Source: a virus
Lineage: Duplodnaviria; Heunggongvirae; Uroviricota; Caudoviricetes
Length of the DNA stretch: 12,290 nt
Strand: one strand, 5' to 3'
IMG/VR virus record: IMGVR_UViG_2585427748_000007
Location: 1-12,290 of that record
Under the pieces are notes generated by a model that worked only from the letters and a program-made list of their open reading frames with translations, had not been told where the DNA came from and searched no databases. Positions 7,841 to 12,290 of the stretch are shown in pieces (position 1 is the first letter of the stretch; each line of letters begins with the position of its first letter). Both the position numbers and the translations under genes were made by a program.

Positions 7841-8648
7841 GGCTTACCCCCTTGCTGACTGGTTTTACCTGTGCCCTGACGTGCTGCACGTGGCGGGCAA
7901 ATTTCTGCTCCCACTGAACCTGCGTGAAAACCTTCCCCTCCGCCATCCAGTAATCCCGGAATGCGGCAAGCTCTGCAGGTGTAAATTCCGGCTCAGGCAG
8001 AGCCATACCCCACACTGCTGCCCGTTGTCGAAAATCCGACGACGGCTGCCAGACAGTAGTCATCGAAAATTTCCCGATCGGTTCGCTCAGGCCGTCCAGG
8101 TATTCAGGTTCGGCTGTCTGCAACGGCGCACCATGCGACTCACCGGTTGGAGCACTCTCGCGCATGCGCGCGTTATGTGTGGGGTTTAATTCTGTATCTG
8201 TATCTTTATCTGTCGTGACTTGTCGTGACATGTGCGTGACATTTCGTGACGCGCCGTGACAATCGCCATTTTGTTCCCGCTTTCTTTCCCTCTCACGCTG
8301 CGCCCTCTTGCGCTCTGCCGGAGATTTTGCGGTTTGCGAAATATTGCCGTTGTCCTCTTTAAGCACCTGGCGTTTTTCCCATCCAGTGATTAAATCACCA
8401 TCAAGTACCCGCCCCTGCATCGTCTGCAAAATTGAATCAATTACCTCTTCTGTCACGTCGAGCGCACTTGCCAAATCTTCTGTCGTGACATCAATGTGAC
8501 CTCGCGTGACATTTCGTGACGCGCTCACCAGGAGGTGGATATACACTGCCATCACTGTTGCAATTGGCTGCCCTGACACCCTGGCAATTGTTCGCCACTT
8601 AGGGTCATTTGGCATGTCATGCCATAATCTGAGCCAGGCGTTAGCCAT
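7632..8648 (-). CDS. phage replication initiator (O-like) containing internal iterons
   Basis: 338 codons from ATG 8648..8646 (MANAWLRL...), preceded by AAGAGGTGA. ORF-track start at 8654 is GTG. Sits in the O position between ydaT and the P-like gene and contains two CGTGAC repeat clusters, as lambda O contains ori. Not sequence-similar to lambda O as far as I can recall. Confidence 0.6.
   Translation of the reverse strand: MANAWLRLWHDMPNDPKWRTIARVSGQPIATVMAVYIHLLVSASRNVTRGHIDVTTEDLASALDVTEEVIDSILQTMQGRVLDGDLITGWEKRQVLKEDNGNISQTAKSPAERKRAQRERERKREQNGDCHGASRNVTHMSRQVTTDKDTDTELNPTHNARMRESAPTGESHGAPLQTAEPEYLDGLSEPIGKFSMTTVWQPSSDFRQRAAVWGMALPEPEFTPAELAAFRDYWMAEGKVFTQVQWEQKFARHVQHVRAQVKPVSKGVSHAASGGTASRAVQEIRAAREQWERDNGFISNGNGLEAVGAYGGGVFEPLDTEERGRTFEALDCPDWRDD
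8191..8260. repeat. iteron cluster 1: five CGTGAC copies at 10-11 bp spacing, preceded by TGTATC/TTTATC repeats
   Basis: CGTGAC at 8214, 8224, 8235, 8245 and 8255 (start positions), helical periodicity. Lies inside the O-like coding region. Confidence 0.55.
8453..8524. repeat. iteron cluster 2: CGTGAC/TGTGAC copies at 10-11 bp spacing plus one inverted copy
   Basis: Copies start at 8484, 8495, 8505 and 8515; inverted GTCACG at 8453. The 21-bp block GCGTGACATTTCGTGACGCGC (8504-8524) is an exact copy of 8234-8254. Confidence 0.55.
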
Positions 8649-8719
8649 ACTCACCTCTTCTGATACCGAATCTTTTTACTCACGAGTTGCCGGAAGCGAT
8701 TCGATATGGCTATTGTCAG

Positions 8720-9145
8720 TCAATGTACTGCCACAGCATTTCCTGCCGGGCCACCACGGTTCATCTGATTGAAACCGGCGATTGCCACTGCGACAAAATC
8801 ATCAGCGTCTCTCACCAGTCGCTCCCGCGTCTCCACCAGCTCCCGAAAATAAGCTGAACTGTGGCTGCGCATTCTGGCCACCAGCAAAGGTGGCATTGCC
8901 TTTTCGATCGCTGGTAACAACGCCTGAATTTTTTCAACTGCATCAGGGGTGTCTTTCTCTACCCAGCGGAAAATTTTCTGGGTATTACGGGCCAGGGCTT
9001 CCGGATGGCTGTCGTCGTACAGTTCCGGGAACGTCATCCCCAGTTCGAAATAAGTCCGGGCTATTTCAGCTGCTGGAACTTTCTCACCGTCTGGATACGC
9101 CCAGGCATTCATTGCCATGCGGATGTGTTCATGCTTGATTTTCAT
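8720..9145 (-). CDS. ydaT: YdaT-like regulator (reported CII functional analogue), 141 aa
   Basis: ATG at 9145..9143 (MKIKHEHIRMAMNAW...), preceded by GGGGGGA. The ORF-track 5' extension is rejected. Position immediately after the Cro-like gene and the MKIKHEHI N-terminus fit the YdaT family as I recall it. Confidence 0.6.
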   Translation of the reverse strand: MKIKHEHIRMAMNAWAYPDGEKVPAAEIARTYFELGMTFPELYDDSHPEALARNTQKIFRWVEKDTPDAVEKIQALLPAIEKAMPPLLVARMRSHSSAYFRELVETRERLVRDADDFVAVAIAGFNQMNRGGPAGNAVAVH

Positions 9146-9404
9146 GAATCCCCCCCGCCTCTGGTTGTGTGTTAGCCTGATACTCGACAGGTAAGCCGTC
9201 GGTTGGGTTGGGATAAGTACTGCCATCAATCTCGTGCGGAGTTACTATCCAGCCTGTTGCTTCGCACCAGCGTAAAATTTTTTTCCCCGTAAGTTTCGCC
9301 CGTCCGGTAATGACATGGCTTACCATCCCTTGGGTTACCCCAACAATTTCAGCAAAATGCTTCTGAGTTATACCGGAATGATGCAAATATTCTCCAAGAT
9401 TCAT
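9129..9404 (-). CDS. ydaS: YdaS-like Cro-type HTH regulator (91 aa)
   Basis: ATG at 9404 with GAGGTGA upstream. HTH-like segment ITQKHFAEIVGVTQGMVSHV. Divergent from paaR2 and overlaps the ydaT start by 17 nt. Confidence 0.6.
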   Translation of the reverse strand: MNLGEYLHHSGITQKHFAEIVGVTQGMVSHVITGRAKLTGKKILRWCEATGWIVTPHEIDGSTYPNPTDGLPVEYQANTQPEAGGIHENQA

Positions 9405-9511
9405 TGTTCACCTCATGTGATGTCATCACGATCACTAATAGCATTGTTATTTTTAAAAGTAAATAGCATCACTATTTCAAAGAGATTAATAATCTTATTA
9501 GAATTGAAGGT
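9405..9511. promoter_or_regulatory. divergent promoter/operator region between ydaS and paaR2 (OR-like)
   Basis: Perfect palindrome GTGATG-T-CATCAC (9417-9429). Two imperfect 7-1-7 sites built on AATAGCA (9437-9451 and 9462-9476), centres 25 bp apart. Putative rightward promoter: -35 TTCAAA (9476-9481), 17-bp spacer, -10 TAGAAT (9499-9504), start about 9511, which would give a near-leaderless paaR2 mRNA. Confidence 0.45.
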
Positions 9512-10012
9512 ATGAAAAGAAAATCCCTGTCAGAGATCGACCTGCAAGCCGCCCAGAGACTGAAAGAAATCTGGACGGCGAAAAAAAATCAACTAGGGTT
9601 AACCCAAGAGCGTGCGGCAGAAATTCTGGGATTTTCGACACAGGGAGCTGTAAGCCATTATCTAAATGGTCAGACACCTTTAAATCTTGAGGCTGTTATC
9701 AAGTTCGCAGGGTTGCTGCAAGTTCCTCCCGAGTCAATCAGACCAGATATGGCCGAGTTGTTACAAATTGTAAGGATGTATCCCCAAGAATCTGGGGAGG
9801 ACAATGTTGTCACTATATCTGCAGATATGGAACAATCGGAAAACGAACTTCCGTTTAATATAGACCCCATGGAGCGGGATTTGCTCCAGACGTTCAGGGC
9901 TTTCCCCAAAGAAGATAAAGAGAAAATGCTTAAGGAAATGAAGGAGAAAAAAGAATCAATTGAAGAAATCGTTGCGCGATGGCTAGCTGCGCAAAAGGGT
10001 CGTCGCGCCTAA
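9512..10012 (+). CDS. paaR2: PaaR2-like XRE-family HTH regulator (CI-like position), 166 aa
   Basis: HTH-like segment LTQERAAEILGFSTQGAVSHYLNG. First gene of a three-gene operon with a 63-aa antitoxin and a ParE toxin, matching the paaR2-paaA2-parE2 organisation reported for E. coli O157 prophages. The GAAGG upstream is only 1 nt from the ATG. Confidence 0.65.
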   Translation: MKRKSLSEIDLQAAQRLKEIWTAKKNQLGLTQERAAEILGFSTQGAVSHYLNGQTPLNLEAVIKFAGLLQVPPESIRPDMAELLQIVRMYPQESGEDNVVTISADMEQSENELPFNIDPMERDLLQTFRAFPKEDKEKMLKEMKEKKESIEEIVARWLAAQKGRRA

Positions 10013-10029
10013 TCTGAGGAGGTAAAAAC

Positions 10030-10221
10030 ATGAGTACAGCCCTTTCCCCGATAATTTCTGAATTTGAAACAGTCGAACAAGAAAACAGCTATAACGAATG
10101 GTTGCGAACCAAAGTGGCAGCAAGCCTCTCAGATCCCCGTCCTGCAATTCCACATGACGAAGTAATGGCTGAAATGGAAAACCTTATTGCTCAATTAGCT
10201 GCAACGAACAGGAGTGAGTAA
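10030..10221 (+). CDS. paaA2: PaaA2-like antitoxin (63 aa)
   Basis: Strong GAGGAGG 7 nt upstream. Small acidic protein. Its TAA stop overlaps the toxin ATG in TAATG. Confidence 0.65.
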   Translation: MSTALSPIISEFETVEQENSYNEWLRTKVAASLSDPRPAIPHDEVMAEMENLIAQLAATNRSE

Positions 10222-10511
10222 TGCTGCCCATTTTATGGCTACCTTCTGCACGTGATGATTTACGTCAGATCGTAGCCTATATTGCTAAGGAAAACCCTCC
10301 CGCTGCACGTAGACTAAAAATACGCATTGAAACATCAGTTTTGTCACTTACTGAACACCCTTATCTGTACCCACCGAGCGAAAGAGTTCCAAGTCTTCGT
10401 GAGATAGTGACTCATCCTAACTACATAATACTTTACCGAGTAACAGCATCTAACATCGAGATCGTAAATGTAGTTCACTCACGAAGACAGTATCCAAACA
10501 AAACCTGTTAA
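10221..10511 (+). CDS. parE2: ParE/RelE-superfamily toxin (ParE2-like), 96 aa
   Basis: Typical ParE size, start translationally coupled to the antitoxin stop, followed by a strong terminator. N-terminus MLPILWLPSARDDLRQIVAYIAKENPPAARRL is ParE-like. Confidence 0.7.
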   Translation: MLPILWLPSARDDLRQIVAYIAKENPPAARRLKIRIETSVLSLTEHPYLYPPSERVPSLREIVTHPNYIILYRVTASNIEIVNVVHSRRQYPNKTC

Positions 10512-10525
10512 TCCTTCCTGTCAAC

Positions 10526-10549
10526 AACCACCTTCGGGTGGTTTTTTTC
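10526..10549 (+). terminator. rho-independent terminator of the paaR2-paaA2-parE2 operon
   Basis: Stem AACCACC, loop TTCG, stem GGTGGTT, then TTTTTT (10544-10549), 15 nt after the parE2 stop. Confidence 0.7.
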
Positions 10550-10559
10550 TTGCCACGAT

Positions 10560-10598
10560 AATAGCACTGCTATTTACATAATTAAATAGTAGTGGTAT
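10560..10598. promoter_or_regulatory. OL-like operator pair upstream of the ydfA-dicB operon
   Basis: Perfect 7-1-7 palindrome AATAGCA-C-TGCTATT (10560-10574) and imperfect AATAGTA-G-TGGTATT (10584-10598), centres 24 bp apart. Same half-site as the sites at 9437-9476. Confidence 0.4.
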
Positions 10599-10780
10599 TG
10601 TTCATTCATCAACCCACCCCGCCCCACAGAACGCCAGGCAATACTTCGAGTTACCCGGCAGTGGTCAGGGGTTAAGTAGCCAGCCCGAGGCGTATGAACA
10701 TGACGGCGGGAACACTTTATATAACAGCGCAGCAGTTTTTTAGTTCCGCTACCCCGGCGTTAAGGGGAAATGAGGTCAGC

Positions 10781-10936
10781 ATGGATACTATCGATCTTGG
10801 CAACAATGAATCTCTGGTGTACGGCGTGTTTCCCAACCAGGACGGCACATTCACCGCGATGACGTATACCAAAAGCAAAACGTTTAAAACCGAAAATGGT
10901 GCCCGTCGCTGGCTGGAAAGAAACTCAGGTGAGTGA
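10781..10936 (+). CDS. ydfA: YdfA-like small protein (51 aa)
   Basis: ATG 10781 with GAGGT upstream (MDTIDLGNNESLVYGVFPNQDG...). First gene of the ydfA-ydfB-ydfC-dicF-dicB arrangement known from Qin. The ORF-track N-terminal extension from 10694 is rejected. Confidence 0.7.
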   Translation: MDTIDLGNNESLVYGVFPNQDGTFTAMTYTKSKTFKTENGARRWLERNSGE

Positions 10937-10937
10937 T

Positions 10938-11066
10938 ATGGATTTCGACACAATCATGGAAAAGGCTTACGAAGAATACTTCGAAGGCCTTGCCGAAGGC
11001 GAAGAAGCTCTCAGCTTCAGTGAGTTTAAACAGGCGCTTTCCAGCTCGGCAAAATCTAACGGCTGA
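10938..11066 (+). CDS. ydfB: YdfB-like small protein (42 aa)
   Basis: Not in the ORF track (under 60 aa). ATG 10938 is 1 nt after the ydfA TGA. Translation MDFDTIMEKAYEEYFEGLAEGEEALSFSEFKQALSSSAKSNG. Confidence 0.65.
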   Translation: MDFDTIMEKAYEEYFEGLAEGEEALSFSEFKQALSSSAKSNG

Positions 11067-11095
11067 TAAGCGAAACAGCACCGCGAGGAATCAGT

Positions 11096-11314
11096 ATGCA
11101 GAAACGAGAACCCGTCATCATCGCGCCAGACTATACCGATGATGAACTTTATGAGTGGATGCACCAGAAAATTAATGCAGCGCAGGATCTGAAATGGGCC
11201 AATGAAGCCAGGGCTAAGCAGGCTGAAAATCTGTCCGCTCTGGAGCAGGATATCACTAATCTGGAAAAAGCAGCGGCATTAAGCATTGCCAGAATGATTA
11301 CATACCCGCGTTAA
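11096..11314 (+). CDS. ydfC: YdfC-like protein (72 aa)
   Basis: ATG 11096 with GAGGAA upstream (MQKREPVIIAPDYTDDELYEWMHQKINAAQ...). Size and position match ydfC of the dicB operon. Confidence 0.7.
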   Translation: MQKREPVIIAPDYTDDELYEWMHQKINAAQDLKWANEARAKQAENLSALEQDITNLEKAAALSIARMITYPR

Positions 11315-11336
11315 TAGCTAACCAACGAGGCTAATA

Positions 11337-11711
11337 ATGGAATTTAAAGATTTACCAATGCAATTCCAGGAAATGGCAGCGAATATAGTTCGTTCCCAAC
11401 TGGCGACTCTTGACCTGAGTACCGTAGAAAAAGAAACCATCGACAATATATCCGGTAACGTACGCCGAGCCTTTATCGGGCTGTACGAAGAGAAGCAGCT
11501 CTCTGATAACCAGGATTTACATGAAAAATACTTTCTGGAATTAATGGACATCATTAATAAAGGATTTGGCTTGTTAATGAAAAAGAAAGGGATTCGAATA
11601 GCTCCCCTTGAAAATCATTTTACAGCAAGCAGTATTAATTCCTGTGATTTAAAGCATCACACATCCGATGGGAAAGTTGAATCAAACAACAAAATATCGA
11701 TTAATCATTAA
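11337..11711 (+). CDS. hypothetical protein (124 aa), AT-rich, inserted between ydfC and dicF
   Basis: ATG 11337 with GAGG 7 nt upstream. Noticeably more AT-rich than its neighbours. No recognisable motifs, acidic, no obvious hydrophobic segments. Confidence 0.5.
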   Translation: MEFKDLPMQFQEMAANIVRSQLATLDLSTVEKETIDNISGNVRRAFIGLYEEKQLSDNQDLHEKYFLELMDIINKGFGLLMKKKGIRIAPLENHFTASSINSCDLKHHTSDGKVESNNKISINH

Positions 11712-12016
11712 TTTATTCACAGGTGAGGTAGAGTGCGTGCGCCGGACACGGATAAGAATCCGGCACTGACAGTTTACTGAAAAGGATATATCCCTGAAAA
11801 GTCAGGGCATAACACGAAAGCGCCCGGAGAAGTTAGTCTCTCTGTATAGGTCGTCGTTAAATTTAATTCGATCGTGCGCTTCCGGTTGTGGCAATCCGCG
11901 AAATGGCGCGGCGGTAAGTATGGCGGGGGTATTTCTTCCCCCCCCGAGGACACCGGGTTGTCAGGTTGACCATACGCTTAAGTGACAACCCCGCTGCAAC
12001 GCCCTCTGTTATCAAT

Positions 12017-12075
12017 TTTCTGGTGACGTTTGGCGGTATCAGTTTTACTCCGTGACTGCTCTGCCGCCCTTTTTA
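12017..12075 (+). ncRNA. dicF: DicF small RNA (ftsZ-targeting sRNA), approximate ends
   Basis: Sequence TTTCTGGTGACGTTTGGCGGTATCAGTTTTACTCCGTGACTGCTCTGCCGCCCTTTTT matches the DicF sequence as I recall it, ending in a GC-rich stem and T-run, and it sits just upstream of dicB. Exact 5' and 3' ends are not determined here. Confidence 0.65.
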
Positions 12076-12243
12076 AAGTGAATTTTGTGATGTGGTGAAT
12101 GCGGCTGAGCGCACGCGGAACAGTTAAAACCAAAAACAGTGTTATGGGTGGATTCTCTGTATCCGGCGTTAATTGTTAACTGGTTAACGTCACCTGGAGG
12201 CACCAGGCACCGCATCACAAAATTCATTGTTGAGGACGCGATA

Positions 12244-12290
12244 ATGGAAACGTTATTACCAAACGTTAATACGTCTGAAGGTTGTTTTGA
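12244..12290 (+). CDS. dicB: DicB cell-division inhibitor, N-terminal fragment (runs off window)
   Basis: ATG 12244 with GAGGA 7 nt upstream. METLLPNVNTSEGCF matches the DicB N-terminus as recalled (K-12 has K at position 2). Confidence 0.7.
   Translation, partial: METLLPNVNTSEGCF

Noticed and set aside
8191-8524. CGTGAC repeat arrays as a possible CRISPR array
   Set aside because: Repeats are 6-10 bp with 10-11 bp helical phasing and lie inside a coding region. There are no 25-40 bp repeats with unique spacers. Interpreted as ori iterons.
9581-9588. A8 homopolymer inside paaR2 as a phase-variation switch
   Set aside because: It encodes KK in frame in an otherwise intact ORF. A single 8-nt A-run is common and gives no evidence of slippage-based regulation.
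10694-10780. N-terminal extension of ydfA (ORF-track start 10694)
   Set aside because: ATG 10781 has a GAGGT site and gives the expected 51-aa product; the extension runs through the operator/promoter region.
10933-11142. 69-aa plus-strand ORF overlapping ydfB, and the minus-strand ORFs 10717..10953, 10884..11081, 10967..11164, 11318..11554
   Set aside because: Wrong frame or strand relative to the recognisable ydfA/ydfB/ydfC products; highly basic low-complexity translations.
11712-12016. Possible tRNA or tmRNA in the structured non-coding segment
   Set aside because: No cloverleaf-compatible arrangement and no T-loop GTTCGAATC-type motif found by eye. Kept only as a structured region of unknown function.
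12045-12227. 60-aa minus-strand ORF across dicF and the dicF-dicB intergenic region
   Set aside because: Antisense to a recognisable sRNA and arises from the inverted-repeat structure; no ribosome-binding site.

Overview
This window reads as the early/immunity region of a lambdoid (Qin / CP-933P-like) Escherichia prophage. Everything below comes from reading the sequence and recalling protein families; no database search was run. Layout on the minus strand, right to left: ydaS (Cro-like) and ydaT (CII-like), an O-like replication initiator carrying two internal CGTGAC iteron clusters, a lambda-P-like helicase loader, two small predicted DNA-binding proteins, an IS5 copy with CTAG target duplications, then a three-gene cargo block (QueH-like DUF208 protein, C5 cytosine methyltransferase, NgoMIV/Cfr10I-family restriction endonuclease) closed by its own terminator, then a 92-aa ORF, a DUF968 protein and the start of rusA. 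On the plus strand, divergent from ydaS: the three-component toxin-antitoxin operon paaR2-paaA2-parE2 with a terminator, then ydfA-ydfB-ydfC, an extra AT-rich 124-aa ORF, a hairpin-rich non-coding stretch, the sRNA dicF and the start of dicB. The best candidates for something undescribed are the QueH-like + restriction-modification cargo block, the 124-aa ORF inserted in the dicB operon, and the lambda-like operator geometry around paaR2. Several ORF-track starts are TTG/GTG artefacts and were re-placed at ATG codons with Shine-Dalgarno support; rusA and ydfB are real genes missing from the track.
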